Shown piece by piece: positions 12,353 through 22,728 of a DNA stretch of 63,726 nucleotides (its first letter is position 1; each line of letters begins with the position of its first letter). Origin of the DNA: Acidimicrobiales bacterium (GTDB taxonomy: Bacteria; Actinomycetota; Acidimicrobiia; Acidimicrobiales; Aldehydirespiratoraceae); assembly GCA_029263235.1 (NCBI GenBank), contig JAJCXW010000131.1, positions 1 through 63,726 on the forward strand, written 5' to 3'. Both the position numbers and the translations under genes were made by a program. The notes under the pieces were generated by a model. It did not search any database, was not told the origin of the DNA, and saw nothing but the letters and a program-made list of their open reading frames with translations.

Positions 12353-12718
12353 TTACAGCGAACGACCGCGTGCGTGCCCCTGTCCCTTGCCGGTTTTCCT
12401 CGCGCGCGTCTTTGTTGCCTTCCTCGCGGCCGCGCGCGCCTTCATCGCGGCCACCTGCTTTGCCCGACGCTTCCATGCGACCTGCGCTGCCCGCCGCAGA
12501 ACGATGCCGGTGAGCAGGTGTGCGCAAATCTCCCCGTCGTCTGTGTCTGGGTCACCCGGGGTCCAGCAGATGCCTGGAACCAGCGCCTCCGCGGCTGCAA
12601 CGGCATCGACAGGCACCGGCGAGGCCGGCGGGGGACTGTGTGAAGCCACATTCATCTTCTCCAGCTGAGCGTCCAGCAGACACCCGAGCGTGTCTGCCGG
12701 GTCGTCATGGGCATCCAT
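12353..12718 (-). CDS. Hypothetical protein with basic C-terminal tail
   Basis: ATG-initiated 121-aa ORF. A CCATAAATATAGG box lies ~85 nt upstream. No family recognised. Confidence 0.4.
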   Translation of the reverse strand: MDAHDDPADTLGCLLDAQLEKMNVASHSPPPASPVPVDAVAAAEALVPGICWTPGDPDTDDGEICAHLLTGIVLRRAAQVAWKRRAKQVAAMKARAAARKATKTRARKTGKGQGHARGRSL

Positions 12719-12796
12719 TGTGAAGATAATGCGCTGACAACGGCGGCGGAGCCGGAGGGGGGGGGCGGTGGCGAAGGAGGATCCTTGCGCGGGTGC

Positions 12797-12808
12797 CTAT
12801 ATTTATGG
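12797..12808 (-). promoter_or_regulatory. CCATAAATATAG core box for gene 12353-12718
   Basis: It is the AT-richest 12-mer of the spacer, ~85 nt upstream of ATG 12718, and is immediately preceded by AAGAACAC. Confidence 0.35.
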
Positions 12809-12813
12809 AAAAG

Positions 12814-12840
12814 GTGTTCTTTTGTACGAAAGCAGAACAC
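12814..12840 (-). terminator. Hairpin immediately after the stop of gene 12842-15205
   Basis: GTGTTCT (12814-20) / AGAACAC (34-40), a 7-bp stem with a 13-nt loop, abuts the stop codon at 12842-44. Confidence 0.4.
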
Positions 12841-12841
12841 G

Positions 12842-15205
12842 CTAGCGGGTGTCCGGGAGCCGCTTCCGCTTTGTCTCCCGGCGCTTTGTAATGTGCCAGC
12901 CGCCCGGCGCGCTGGAGAATGTCTCGCCCTCGACCGGGGCATGTCGATACACCGCAGCCAGGCCGCTGCGGCGCTCCTCTGTCGAGAAGCGGAAGAGGGA
13001 GCGGTCTCGATTAAAGTTTGAGGGCCTGCGCTCGATGGGGCTCCACCAGTACAAGGCCCGCTGGAGGACCACAAGATCGACCACCTCGATGGTGTGTCCG
13101 TCTGCCGCCCATCGCGCCGGTGCCGGCACACTGGCAAGGGCCGCGCAGCAGTTCTCCCATTCGGCCTGGTACCGGTGGGCCTTGCCGTCGCTGAGTCGCT
13201 TCATTGGTGCACGGTAGCGAGCGAACCAGTGGCGCCCGTCGCTGCTTGCGTGCACGGCCGCCAGCAGCTCATGGAAGCGCTCCGGCATTCGGTAGCAGGG
13301 AAGCTCCTCCGACGACCCGGGCGGCGCCGAGCGCCGCTTGCGCTTTCGTCCCGCGCCCGCGCCCGCGCCAGCGCCCGCCACAGGTCCGGGCGCGGCTGCG
13401 GCGGCTGCAGAGGCCTCCTCGTCCGCCGCCGCCGCCGCCGTCCCGTCTGCGTCAGAGGGCAAGATCGTCTCTCGCAGCGCGGGGGCGGCCTCGGCCACGA
13501 CCGGAAGCTGGCGCAGCAGGGCCTGGACCCTTCGCCGCGCGGCACCGCCCGGCGCCATGGCGGCTGCGTCAATTTCCGGCAAGAGCTTGCGGAGGCCGGC
13601 CGGCATCGGCACGAGCTGGCCGGCATGATGCACAAACATTCGAACCCTCTCCCGGCTCAGCCCGCCGTAGTCTGCGCAGAGTCCGCTGCGCTGTGCGCAG
13701 AGCTTCAGCCGGTCGTCTACGCTGCAGGCCTGGTAGATCGCGTGTGCCCTGCGCATCCGTCGGCCGTCGGCTGCGCCCGCCAGGTCCGGTGCCTCGCCCG
13801 CGCTCCAGTATCCGTCGGCGCCAAGCTTTGCCTGCATCTCCTTTGCGTCCCACGGCACCGCTTTCTGGATGGAGGCCGCCCAAAAGGTCTCAGCGGTGAG
13901 CAGTGCGTCCTTCAGGTCAAGGCCCATGACAACCAGGCTGGCCCGCAGGGTATCCTCCGGGAGGGTGGTCCCGCGCCGCAGCGCAGCCTGCAGCTCCCCG
14001 CTGAGGGGCTCGGCCATGGCCGTCTGCAGCATGGTGCAAAACTCGTTAACCTGGGCAATCTCCTCGGGGCCCGCGCCGGTGGCAACCGCCGCGGTCAGCG
14101 GACCAGCGTTTCCGGCCAGCATCTGCTCGGACACCTCGGTGGCGTTGGTTGCCACCTGAATATTGTAGGTCAACAGGGTGTCCAGGATCCCGCGGAGGTC
14201 GTGGATCCGCTGGCGCATGCGCAGGTGTTTCAGCAGGGCCCGGGTCAGCGTGCCGATCGGCTGCACCCTGATGCCCACGACGGCCCTCGTTGCCACTGCC
14301 TCCCAGTGCACCAGCGGCACCGGCGGAAGTACGACGGGACTGCCGGCAGCGGTGACCGGCGTCGCCGGCATGGCCGCCGCACTGTCGCCCGGCACCAGGT
14401 CGACGGCCTGTCTCCAGCACTCTACCACCCACTCGATCTGCTCAATCTGCTCGGCCTCGGTGGCAAGCAGATAGAGGTAGTTGTACAGCGCTGCGCGGAC
14501 AAACGCTTTCCACTGCCCGGGGGTCCAGTAGTTGAGACGGGTGGGTCTCGTTGTCGTCGGCTGGTCGGCGCGGCCACCACCGGCGGTAGCGTGCGCTACC
14601 GCGGCCGCGTAGGCGCTCCCCTCTGCGGTGGCGCCGACTGCTGCCGCCGCCGGCGGCCCGCTCAGGCCGCGCCGCCGGCACATTTTCTTTGCCCGTTCAA
14701 TGACGGCCCCGGCCCAGACGCCGCCGTGGGTCGGCCAGCGCGCGCTGCTGCCGGGGATGTTGTTCACGGTACACCAGTAGAGCGCAATCGCAAGCTCAAT
14801 GTGTGGACGCTGTGCCGGCATGTCGTGCACGAGGAACATACAATCGTGCAGTGTCTGGTAATCGTACTGGTACACGTCGGCGCTGGACTGCGGCCACTCG
14901 ACCCGGGCACCGGTGCCCGGGCTGACCGCAGCGGTAGGATCCACTTCAGCCGTCGGCAAAAGACAGGCGGTTGGGCGGATGCTGCTGCTGCTGCTGCTGC
15001 TGCTTTCTTCGTCCTCGCTTCCGTCCGCCGGGCGTGGCGACACGGGCAGGGAAGAAGAGGGGGAAGCGGAGGAAGAAGAGGTCCGCGGAACGGTAGTTGT
15101 CGTGCTGCTGCTGCTACTGCTGCTACTGCTGCTTCCTCCATCGCCAGCGGCGGTTCCATCGGCGCTAACATCGGCGATGCTGCCTCTGCGCCTGCGCGTG
15201 GCCAT
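12842..15205 (-). CDS. Hypothetical protein (787 aa)
   Basis: The 882-codon ORF is trimmed to ATG 15205 (MATRRRRGS...) because its N-terminal extension would run through the divergent RPB1 promoter. It has an N-terminal poly-Ser tract. No family recognised. Confidence 0.55.
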   Translation of the reverse strand: MATRRRRGSIADVSADGTAAGDGGSSSSSSSSSSTTTTVPRTSSSSASPSSSLPVSPRPADGSEDEESSSSSSSSIRPTACLLPTAEVDPTAAVSPGTGARVEWPQSSADVYQYDYQTLHDCMFLVHDMPAQRPHIELAIALYWCTVNNIPGSSARWPTHGGVWAGAVIERAKKMCRRRGLSGPPAAAAVGATAEGSAYAAAVAHATAGGGRADQPTTTRPTRLNYWTPGQWKAFVRAALYNYLYLLATEAEQIEQIEWVVECWRQAVDLVPGDSAAAMPATPVTAAGSPVVLPPVPLVHWEAVATRAVVGIRVQPIGTLTRALLKHLRMRQRIHDLRGILDTLLTYNIQVATNATEVSEQMLAGNAGPLTAAVATGAGPEEIAQVNEFCTMLQTAMAEPLSGELQAALRRGTTLPEDTLRASLVVMGLDLKDALLTAETFWAASIQKAVPWDAKEMQAKLGADGYWSAGEAPDLAGAADGRRMRRAHAIYQACSVDDRLKLCAQRSGLCADYGGLSRERVRMFVHHAGQLVPMPAGLRKLLPEIDAAAMAPGGAARRRVQALLRQLPVVAEAAPALRETILPSDADGTAAAAADEEASAAAAAAPGPVAGAGAGAGAGRKRKRRSAPPGSSEELPCYRMPERFHELLAAVHASSDGRHWFARYRAPMKRLSDGKAHRYQAEWENCCAALASVPAPARWAADGHTIEVVDLVVLQRALYWWSPIERRPSNFNRDRSLFRFSTEERRSGLAAVYRHAPVEGETFSSAPGGWHITKRRETKRKRLPDTR

Positions 15206-15240
15206 GGCGGCGTGACCGGCGGCGGCGGCGGCGGGTCGGT

Positions 15241-15330
15241 CTTTTGTAGAGGACGGGGTCGTTCTCCGGATGTTCCGGATGCACCATCCGGTTGGTGGTG
15301 GTGGCCGGGCCGCCCTGCCCTCTACAAAAG
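15241..15330. promoter_or_regulatory. Symmetric divergent promoter between RPB1 and the 12842-15205 gene
   Basis: A perfect 12-bp inverted repeat, CTTTTGTAGAGG (15241-15252) / CCTCTACAAAAG (15319-15330), places the same CCTCTACAAAAG box on each coding strand. The centre carries GGATGTTCC (15268-15276, GGAACATCC on the minus strand) and the CCGGATG..CATCCGG inverted repeat. Confidence 0.5.
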
Positions 15331-15415
15331 CCTTGCCCACCGGCACCGGCGCCGTTCTGCTATCGACCTGGGCCGGTGGCCGGTGGCCGCGGAAGCCGAA
15401 GCCGGAGCGGCAGGG

Positions 15416-18400
15416 ATGGACATGTCTGGGCCGGCCGCGACTGCGGCCTCGTTGCACTTTCAGCTCTTCTCTCCGACGGAGATTGTGCAACGCAGTGTGT
15501 GTAAGGTGGAGACGGACGTGCTATATGCTGACCGAGCAGCGGCGGCCGGTGGGTTGATGGACCCTCGGATGGGGGCATGGACGTTTGGGGAGGAGTGTTG
15601 GACCTGCCGGGCAACCGTGCAGACCTGCCCTGGGCACCCTGGGCACATTGAGCTGGCCTCGCCGGTCTTTAACATCTACCATGCGAGCGACGTCCGCGCG
15701 CTGCTGCAGTGCATCTGCCACGAGTGCAGTCGGGTGCTGCTGCGCCCGGTCGCCCACGATGAACCCCGCGGACAGAGCCAACTGAACTGGCACCACCCAT
15801 CGAGCTGCCGCTGCTTCTTCTGCAAGACGCAGCCGTCCGCCCCGTTGCACGTGCCCGAGCTATACTGCACCTGTATCTACTGCCGGCCCGGAACAATGGC
15901 TACAATGACGGCCGAGCAGGCGGCGGCTGCCACCGACCCCAACCGTGCTCCGCCCGCCCGCATTCCCATCGTACCGGCCAGTGAGCGGCGGGCCCACCTG
16001 CGTGCACTTGCGGACGCCAGTGCATCGATTGACACCTGCGGCACGGTGCGTGGTTGCACGGCAAAGAAGCGACGGCTGAACGGCATCGATGCGCCGGCCG
16101 ACAGCTGCCAGGCGGTCCGGGTGCAGGCCGGCGGCGGCGCCGGTGCCGTCATGCGACCGCACGAGCAGGGCGTTGCGCGAGAGCTGGCGCAGGATCCTGA
16201 GCGGGTGATGAAGATTCTAACGGCAGTGAGCGAGCGCGACTGTCGCCTGCTTGGCATTGCGCCCGGTCAGCGGCCAGAGTGGCTGCTGATAAGCGTCCTG
16301 TCGGTGCCGCCGCCGACGATCCGGATCAGCGGCGGCGGCGCCAGTGGCGCCAGTGGCGGAAAGGGGTGTCGTGCAGAGAACGGCCTGACCGAGTCGTTGC
16401 GCGCAATCGTGCGGGCAAACAGCGTCCTCGCCGACGCACGGGCCACCAATGTGCTACCACACGTGCTGAAAACGACCGCCGATGCACTGCAGGTGGCGGT
16501 CACTCAGTACCTCGACGGGTCCGGTGGAGACGGCAGTAATGACGCCGGCGGCGGCGGCGCCGATGGCGTCGACACGGACGCGTCGATTGGCCAGCGGCTG
16601 AGCGGAAAGGAGGGCCGCATGCGCTACAATGTGATGGGCAAGCGCGTTGATTTTTCTGCCCGCACCGTCATCAGCCCAGACCCCACCTTGCGCCTGCAAG
16701 ACGTTGGCCTCCCGATGTACATGGTCAAGACGCTGACCTACCCGGAGCATGTGACGCCGATGCGTCGCGACTTTCTGCAGGCGTGTGTTCAGCGCAGCTT
16801 TGACAGCCCCGATGGGTATCCAGGGGCCACCTTTATTGGTCGACGCGAGGAGATGATCGATATCCAGATGATCCAGCAGCACAAGATGCACGGGGCCGAG
16901 GAGCTGCTACGCCTGCGGCCGGGTGACGTTGTGCACCGGAACCTCATCCGGGGCGATGTTGTTCTGCTCAATCGACAGCCCTCCCTCCACAAGATGTCCA
17001 TGCTGGCCATGCTGGTGGTACCGGTCGCGCCGCGGACCATCTGCTTCCATCCTGCGCTCACTCGTCCGCTGAATGGAGACTTTGACGGAGATGAGTGCAA
17101 TATCCACGTGCCCCAGACAGAGGAGGCCCGCGCCGAGGCACTTCTGCTGATGACCCCGGCCGACAACATTGTCTCCTCGCAGAGCAGCCGCCCGGTGATT
17201 GCCTGGGTCCAGGACACGCTCACCGGGGCCTATCTGCTGAGCGAACGCAACTGCTTTCTTGACCGTGCTGCCGCCATGCAGCTCCTGGTCGCCATCGACT
17301 ACGCTGGCTGCCTGCCCGCCCCCGCGATTCTGAAGCCCACTGCACTCTGGACCGGGAAGCAGCTGATCTCTCTGCTGCTGCCGGCAGACCTTGACATGCG
17401 GCGCATCTCGGCCACCCACCGGACAGAGACGTACGAGGCGGCGCAGATGGCCGGCATGGCGGCGGCGCCGCCGCCCCCTGTGCAGCTGCGGCGCCTGCAG
17501 CTTCTCAACGCCCTTGACACCCACGTGTGGATTCGGCGGGGAGAGCTGGTCAGCGGGCAGCTGACCAGCGCGGTGACGGGGACGGCAGCCAACGGCCTCC
17601 TGCACCGAGTCTGGTCCGACAGCGGACCGGAGATGGCCCGCGACCTCTTGACGGCGCTGCAGCGCCTTGTGGGTGCCTGGCTGGAAACGTACGGATTTAG
17701 CGTTGGGCTGGCCGATTTGACGGCCAGCCCGGCCATCAAGGGGCGGATACAGGCGGTGGTTTCGACGGGGGTGGAGAAGCTGGACGAGGTGGAGGCCGAG
17801 GTCGGCACCGACTCGGTGCGGTTTGAGCAGATGGCCAACGTGGCGCTCAACCGGGTGCGCATGGCCTCGGGCGACATTGCCCGCGAAGCGGTCGGTCGGA
17901 CCAATCGCGTGAATCACATGGTCACCTCGGGCGGAAAGGGTAGCACGTCCAATTTCGGCGGCCTGCTCGGCTGCGTCGGCCAGCAGAATGTCGACGGCTG
18001 TCGGATACGACCGGATCTGCGGGGCCGGACGCTGCCGTCGTTTTTCCGCGGTAACCGCGGCGCCGCAGCGGGCGGCTTCATCGGGTCCAACTACATGAAC
18101 GGCCTCAACGAGGCGGAGTTTTTCTTCCATGCGATGGGCGGCCGCGAAGGCCTGGTTGACACGGCCATCAAGACGGCAGACACGGGCTATCTGCAGCGAC
18201 AAACGATCAAGATGATGGAGACGCTGGTGGTGGCCTACGATGGAACGGTGCGAAACGGAGGCGGCGGCGTTGTGCAGTTTGCCTACGGCGAGGACAGCTG
18301 CGACGCCCGACATCTGCACCGGCAGCACCTGCGGACGGCGGGGATGACCACAGCAGAGCTCCGCGACCGCCTCGGGTACACCGACACGGCCCTCGCGGAA

Positions 18401-20695
18401 GCACGACAGCGGGCGACAGACGAATCCGCCACCGGCCCCGACACCCTCATGACGCCGGAGCAGATTGGCGCCAGCTGTTGCGAGGTGCTGCGGGCAGAGA
18501 TGGCGCAGCTGGAAACGGACCGCCGCAGCCTGCGGACATGCCTTTTGCCGGGTCGGGCCTTTGGCCGCACGGGCGCGAGTGCCATGCTGCCCGTGCCCAT
18601 GGATCGGATGCTCAGGGCGTGCGCCCGCCAGTTTTCCTGTCCTCGCCCGGCGGCGGATCGGGCCCGACCCGATGCCTGCGTGCGCCATGTGACGCGGCTG
18701 TGCGCAAGCGTCGCACGGCTGGTGCTTCCGCTGGCCCCCGACGACGTGACACAGGCGGCCACCGCCGTGCTCTGTGCCCACCTCCGCGCCGAGCTGTCCT
18801 CTCGGCGGCTGGTCAGCGAGCTTGGGTTTAGTGCCATGGCCGTGGTCAGCCTGTGCGGCGACGTCCTCCAGCGAGTGCAGGCGGCGCTCGCGCAGCCGGG
18901 CGAGGCGGTCGGAGTGCTTGGTGCGCAGTCGATGGGAGAGCCGGCCACGCAGATGACCCTAAACACCTTTCACTACGCGGGCGTTTCTGCACAGCGCACC
19001 GCAACGACCGGGGTTGTGCGCCTGCGAGAGATTGCCCGGGCAAATCGCAGCATTGCCACCCCACGCTGCGTCGTCTACCTCGACGACGCCGGCGACCCTG
19101 CGGTTGACCACGCCGCGCGGATGGAAGACATCTTCAGTCGGCTGACCCACACCCGACTGAGCGATGTGGCCACCCTAGAAGTGGTGCAGATTGCCGAGTC
19201 GGCCCGGCCCGAGTGGATGCGAGAGTTTTACGAGCTCGAGAGCTTGCTGGCGCCAGAAACGGTGGCGGCATGTGTGGGATCGACGCTGCGTCTGACGATT
19301 GATCCGGTGGCACTGGCACGTCGCTGGCTGTCCATGGAGCTGACGAAAGAGGCGGTGGTTCACTGTCTGCGGCAACGGTATCCGGACCTCGGGGTTTTTT
19401 GCATGTACGCGAGCAGTTCGCACACGGTGGTTGAGGTTCTGAAGGCAGACCAGCGCCGCCGAGCCCTCGACCATGTTTTGACCGCAGAGCACGACATGGC
19501 CATTCGCCGGTCGGCCGGCCGGGTTTTTCTGTATGTGCAGCCACAGGACCTGCCCGACCACGGAGACGTAGAGGCGCTCGGTCAGACCCTGATGGAGACG
19601 GCCGTGCTGACGTGTTGCCCTGGACTGAGCAACCCGACCGTCTGCGACTCGGAACCTCCCCCGCCCCGCTGGGGGACCGCGGCGGACGGAGACGAGGGCG
19701 AGGGGACCGCGGCGGGGCCGCGCCTGATCGTGGAGGGCAGCAATCTTCTGCATCTTCTCGGGGTTCGTGGGGTCTGTCCGCGCCGGACCGTGTCGAACGA
19801 TATCCACGACACGGCGGCCACGCTGGGAATCGAGGCAGCAGAGTCGCTGATCAATGCGGAGCTCCTTGCGGTGCTAGACGACGCGGGCATCTACGTCGAC
19901 CCGCGCCATCGCCAGCTGCTGGCCGCGACCATGACCCAGACCGGGCAGATCGGCTCGGTCACGTACGATGGCCTGCGGCTCTCCGGCGCCGAGCCCATCC
20001 AGCGGTGTAGTTACGAGCGTACCGCCGTCGTCCTGGCGTCGGCGGCCGTCGCCGGACAGGCTGACCGGCTGACCGGGGTCAGTGCGCCGCTGCTCATGGG
20101 AAAACCCATGACGGTCGGAACGGGGTGCTTTTCCCTGCGCAGCAACCGGAAGATTCTGCAGGCATTTGCGCCGCACAGCCAGGATGTGTTTATCGCCGCC
20201 GAGGAGGAGGATGCCCCGTGCACCCCCCGGCACGATCAATCGCCTGACCAGCGGCACCCCCAGCCGACATCTCCTGCGGTTGGGTGCTACTCACCCGTCT
20301 ACGTCCCGGGTACGCCAAGCTACGTCCCCGGGACGCCAAGTTACGCCCCCGTGACGCCAAGCTACGTCCCTGATGATTCGCCGGAGTACCGGGCCACGAC
20401 GCCGTCGTATGTACCAGGCTCGCCAACGTACCAGCCGGTCGACTGGTCAACTTACGGCCAACCGGCGACACGCGCCGGGTTTTACCAGGCAACCTCGCCG
20501 GTCTATTCCCTGCCCGTCGCGGTCGACTACGGAGGGGCCGGTGCCGAGCATGATACAGGCGCAGTGGTACGTCCGTACACACCAAGCCGCCCGTGGTCCC
20601 TCTCTGCCGCGCAGCAATCGGCGCCGGCACCGGCGCCGGCGCCATTTGTCGCCTCGGGCGGGCTGGGGCGCCGGGTTGCCCGTTACGGGATATAA
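15416..20695 (+). CDS. RPB1: DNA-directed RNA polymerase II largest subunit (RPB1-like)
   Basis: Zinc motif [26 protein letters not shown]; [23 protein letters not shown]; [12 protein letters not shown]; catalytic [12 protein letters not shown]; trigger-loop/bridge regions. The ORF 5' extension (13094-15415) is rejected. Start is at ATG 15416 (MDMSGPAA...). Confidence 0.95.
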   Translation: MDMSGPAATAASLHFQLFSPTEIVQRSVCKVETDVLYADRAAAAGGLMDPRMGAWTFGEECWTCRATVQTCPGHPGHIELASPVFNIYHASDVRALLQCICHECSRVLLRPVAHDEPRGQSQLNWHHPSSCRCFFCKTQPSAPLHVPELYCTCIYCRPGTMATMTAEQAAAATDPNRAPPARIPIVPASERRAHLRALADASASIDTCGTVRGCTAKKRRLNGIDAPADSCQAVRVQAGGGAGAVMRPHEQGVARELAQDPERVMKILTAVSERDCRLLGIAPGQRPEWLLISVLSVPPPTIRISGGGASGASGGKGCRAENGLTESLRAIVRANSVLADARATNVLPHVLKTTADALQVAVTQYLDGSGGDGSNDAGGGGADGVDTDASIGQRLSGKEGRMRYNVMGKRVDFSARTVISPDPTLRLQDVGLPMYMVKTLTYPEHVTPMRRDFLQACVQRSFDSPDGYPGATFIGRREEMIDIQMIQQHKMHGAEELLRLRPGDVVHRNLIRGDVVLLNRQPSLHKMSMLAMLVVPVAPRTICFHPALTRPLNGDFDGDECNIHVPQTEEARAEALLLMTPADNIVSSQSSRPVIAWVQDTLTGAYLLSERNCFLDRAAAMQLLVAIDYAGCLPAPAILKPTALWTGKQLISLLLPADLDMRRISATHRTETYEAAQMAGMAAAPPPPVQLRRLQLLNALDTHVWIRRGELVSGQLTSAVTGTAANGLLHRVWSDSGPEMARDLLTALQRLVGAWLETYGFSVGLADLTASPAIKGRIQAVVSTGVEKLDEVEAEVGTDSVRFEQMANVALNRVRMASGDIAREAVGRTNRVNHMVTSGGKGSTSNFGGLLGCVGQQNVDGCRIRPDLRGRTLPSFFRGNRGAAAGGFIGSNYMNGLNEAEFFFHAMGGREGLVDTAIKTADTGYLQRQTIKMMETLVVAYDGTVRNGGGGVVQFAYGEDSCDARHLHRQHLRTAGMTTAELRDRLGYTDTALAEARQRATDESATGPDTLMTPEQIGASCCEVLRAEMAQLETDRRSLRTCLLPGRAFGRTGASAMLPVPMDRMLRACARQFSCPRPAADRARPDACVRHVTRLCASVARLVLPLAPDDVTQAATAVLCAHLRAELSSRRLVSELGFSAMAVVSLCGDVLQRVQAALAQPGEAVGVLGAQSMGEPATQMTLNTFHYAGVSAQRTATTGVVRLREIARANRSIATPRCVVYLDDAGDPAVDHAARMEDIFSRLTHTRLSDVATLEVVQIAESARPEWMREFYELESLLAPETVAACVGSTLRLTIDPVALARRWLSMELTKEAVVHCLRQRYPDLGVFCMYASSSHTVVEVLKADQRRRALDHVLTAEHDMAIRRSAGRVFLYVQPQDLPDHGDVEALGQTLMETAVLTCCPGLSNPTVCDSEPPPPRWGTAADGDEGEGTAAGPRLIVEGSNLLHLLGVRGVCPRRTVSNDIHDTAATLGIEAAESLINAELLAVLDDAGIYVDPRHRQLLAATMTQTGQIGSVTYDGLRLSGAEPIQRCSYERTAVVLASAAVAGQADRLTGVSAPLLMGKPMTVGTGCFSLRSNRKILQAFAPHSQDVFIAAEEEDAPCTPRHDQSPDQRHPQPTSPAVGCYSPVYVPGTPSYVPGTPSYAPVTPSYVPDDSPEYRATTPSYVPGSPTYQPVDWSTYGQPATRAGFYQATSPVYSLPVAVDYGGAGAEHDTGAVVRPYTPSRPWSLSAAQQSAPAPAPAPFVASGGLGRRVARYGI
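20288..20440 (+). repeat. 21-nt (heptad) repeats at the RPB1 C-terminus
   Basis: [51 protein letters not shown]. Confidence 0.8.
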
Positions 20696-20698
20696 AGG
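20691..20698 (+). promoter_or_regulatory. TATAAAGG box overlapping the RPB1 stop codon, upstream of the collagen-like gene
   Basis: In GGGATATAAAGGATTTTC the TAA at 20693-20695 is the RPB1 stop. ATG 20764 is 73 nt downstream. Confidence 0.35.
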
Positions 20699-20737
20699 AT
20701 TTTCTTCTCGGCTTTACACCCCGGCGATTCCTGCAGC

Positions 20738-20759
20738 CAGCGGCGGTCTGTCGCCGCTG
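20738..20759 (+). terminator. GC-rich 8-bp hairpin between the RPB1 stop and the next ATG
   Basis: CAGCGGCG gtctgt CGCCGCTG lies 43 nt after the RPB1 stop and 5 nt before ATG 20764. It could be an RPB1 3'-end structure or a 5'-UTR structure of the next gene. Confidence 0.35.
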
Positions 20760-20763
20760 TGCG

Positions 20764-21744
20764 ATGTATCCGCGCCGCATGGCCAGGCTATGCGCGGGAG
20801 TGGAGCTGGTCGCAGCGATGCTGCCATGGCTGCTGCTTCTGCTGCTACACCACGCACGCAGTGCAGAGGCGACAGGGGAGCACTGCACAATCGCCGGCCC
20901 AGAGTGTCGGCGGATCGGTGGGCCGGTCTATTTTTCAGAGGCAAGATCGCCCGAGGGCGCACCGGCGCTTTACGCCAGCTGTAATACGCCCCCGGCTGCC
21001 GAGGTTTCCTGCCCGTGGTACCAACATGCACACCTCGGCGCCGACTGGTGGCATCTTGCAGCCACGCTGCACGGCTGCCCGGCCGACGGAGACACGCTGG
21101 TGACCCTTGTGCGCCAGCAGGCGCTTCCGGGCGCCGGGGAGCCACACAACTACTGCGCCGGCAGCGGCATGCTTGGCGTGCTTGCGGGAGAGGGTGGCTT
21201 CGGCTACAACCGCAGCCAGTGTCTGCGGGGAGCGGCGCACAGCGTCACGCCGCACCACGTGGAGACGTGCTGCCCGGCGCCGCTCTGCACCCAGAAGGCC
21301 GGCTCAGCGCCGGGGCAGCAGGTCTGTGCACAGGTGGCGCCTCCGCTCCCGGCGGGCCTTCCTCCGCTCCCGGCTCCGCCCCAGGCCGCACCGCTTACGG
21401 CCCTCCTAGATCTCGTCACACCGCTCTTGCCCACCGGCCCAGCCGGCCCGGTGGGGCCCCAGGGCTCATCTGGCGGCCAAGGCCCCCAAGGCCCCCAGGG
21501 ACCCCCGGGCCCCCGGGGTGCCAACGGAGCGCAAGGCCCCCAGGGGCCGGCGGGGCCGTTGCGCGCGCCCGTCTACACGATGTGCACGTCTGCACAGGGC
21601 ACAACGTGCAGCTGCCCGGCTGGACGCTTCCTGGTCAGCGCGACGCCGGTCTGTGCCAGCGGACTGTCAATGTTTAGCTTTGTCGGGGGCGCCGTGGTGT
21701 GGCAGTGCGCGCTGGGTGGGACAATTTACGTAATTTGCCTATGA
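20764..21744 (+). CDS. Secreted collagen-like repeat protein
   Basis: ATG 20764 gives the signal-like [33 protein letters not shown]. It has 13-14 uninterrupted GXY triplets ([41 protein letters not shown]) and a Cys-containing C-terminal domain. Confidence 0.7.
   Translation: MYPRRMARLCAGVELVAAMLPWLLLLLLHHARSAEATGEHCTIAGPECRRIGGPVYFSEARSPEGAPALYASCNTPPAAEVSCPWYQHAHLGADWWHLAATLHGCPADGDTLVTLVRQQALPGAGEPHNYCAGSGMLGVLAGEGGFGYNRSQCLRGAAHSVTPHHVETCCPAPLCTQKAGSAPGQQVCAQVAPPLPAGLPPLPAPPQAAPLTALLDLVTPLLPTGPAGPVGPQGSSGGQGPQGPQGPPGPRGANGAQGPQGPAGPLRAPVYTMCTSAQGTTCSCPAGRFLVSATPVCASGLSMFSFVGGAVVWQCALGGTIYVICL
21436..21558 (+). repeat. Collagen GXY triplet array
   Basis: 41 aa of uninterrupted Gly-X-Y. 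Confidence 0.85.
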
Positions 21745-21770
21745 CGGCCCTAGGGTAAATCCCCGTGGCC

Positions 21771-22493
21771 TTATGCTGTGCACGTAATCACCGCAAGCAG
21801 CGGCTGGAACCACTGACCGCGCTCTGCCTCGTTCATCTCCTCAAACTCGACGTTACCGTCGAGCTCTACCACCGTGCCCACGCCTAGCTGGGCGCGCAGC
21901 GCAACACTCTCTGGCCCCGTGCCCAGGTAGAGGTCGTCGTGTGCGGCGACCAGCTGCTCAATGTAGGCGCGGGTGATCTTGCTCTCCGCTCCGCGGCTCC
22001 GCTTCTCAATGCGACGCATTGCCGTGTCAACCGACACCCGCAGGTAGACCTGCACGTCGACCGACACGGCCAACCGGGCGACAATGTCCTTCCACCAGCG
22101 CCGGTACACGGCCCACCTGGTCCCCCGCAGGATGCAGGCGGCAAACAGCCAGTCACCGATGGGGTCGCGCTCCAGCACGCCGACCGACGCCGGCACCGGG
22201 CCGCAGATGTTCTTCTGCTGGCCACAGACGCGTGTCATCAGCGTCATGTTCTGGAAGAGGTAAGCGTTGCCCGCCGGGTCGTCGGCCAGCTGTTGAAGCA
22301 TGTTCTCGGTGCGACCGCTGCCGTCGTCCAGCGGAAAGTTCTGCCATTCCTCGCAGGGCTCGGTGGCCGTGCGCGCGTCGGCCGGCAGGTACACGGGAAG
22401 CTTGTCCAGCGCCGTGCTCTTCCCGGCCCCGATAACCCCGTTTATTGCCAAGACCACCCGCGGTGGATGGTTTTTCGACGGGCGGATGTCCAT
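21771..22493 (-). CDS. Deoxynucleoside kinase (dCK/dGK/TK2 family)
   Basis: P-loop INGVIGAGKST, EPCEEWQN (EPVxxW-like), ERDPIGDWLF (ERS-like) and YLRVSVDTAMRRIEKRSRGAES (lid). Start is set at ATG 22493, ~60 nt downstream of the CTTATATGAC box; an alternative ATG is at 22550. Confidence 0.8.
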   Translation of the reverse strand: MDIRPSKNHPPRVVLAINGVIGAGKSTALDKLPVYLPADARTATEPCEEWQNFPLDDGSGRTENMLQQLADDPAGNAYLFQNMTLMTRVCGQQKNICGPVPASVGVLERDPIGDWLFAACILRGTRWAVYRRWWKDIVARLAVSVDVQVYLRVSVDTAMRRIEKRSRGAESKITRAYIEQLVAAHDDLYLGTGPESVALRAQLGVGTVVELDGNVEFEEMNEAERGQWFQPLLAVITCTA

Positions 22494-22686
22494 CGGAGAG
22501 CAGGCAGGGACGGGCGGCAAATGGCGGGCGGTGACGGCGCCACGGGTCATATAAGTATCGTCGGAGGCCAGATTTCCCCCGGTACACATCCGACCGGCGC
22601 GGACACCCGGGAACAGCAAACGGACCGACCGCAGAAGGCATCGATTCGAACACTGCCGACATCCGCATTCTGCCTGTTCCATTCGC

Positions 22687-22697
22687 CCACTTAAGCC
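22687..22697 (+). promoter_or_regulatory. CCACTTAAGCC core box for gene 22729-23289
   Basis: It lies ~35 nt upstream of the ATG. The same CCACTTAAG core recurs upstream of the kinase gene. Confidence 0.35.
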
Positions 22698-22728
22698 CGG
22701 GCTGTGGTGAATCGGTCACTCGTCAGAC

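Noticed and set aside
13094-15415. A 774-codon N-terminal extension of the RPB1 ORF (the ORF track gives 13094-20695).
   Set aside because: The conserved RPB1 N-terminus begins at ATG 15416. The extension is Arg/Gly/Ala-rich out-of-frame-type sequence and is antisense to a better ORF (12842-15205). It would also run through the divergent promoter boxes at 15241-15330.
16907-18781. Long antisense ORFs opposite recognised genes: 16907-18781 opposite RPB1, 24207-25895 opposite RPB2, 48334-50367 opposite the peroxidase, and also 644-2128, 2671-4122 and 3113-4321 opposite the Cys-rich gene.
   Set aside because: The opposite strand carries unmistakable family motifs in each case. These ORFs have the Arg/Ala/Gly/Pro/His-heavy composition expected when stop codons are rare in 65-70% GC DNA. 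Several open at non-ATG codons.
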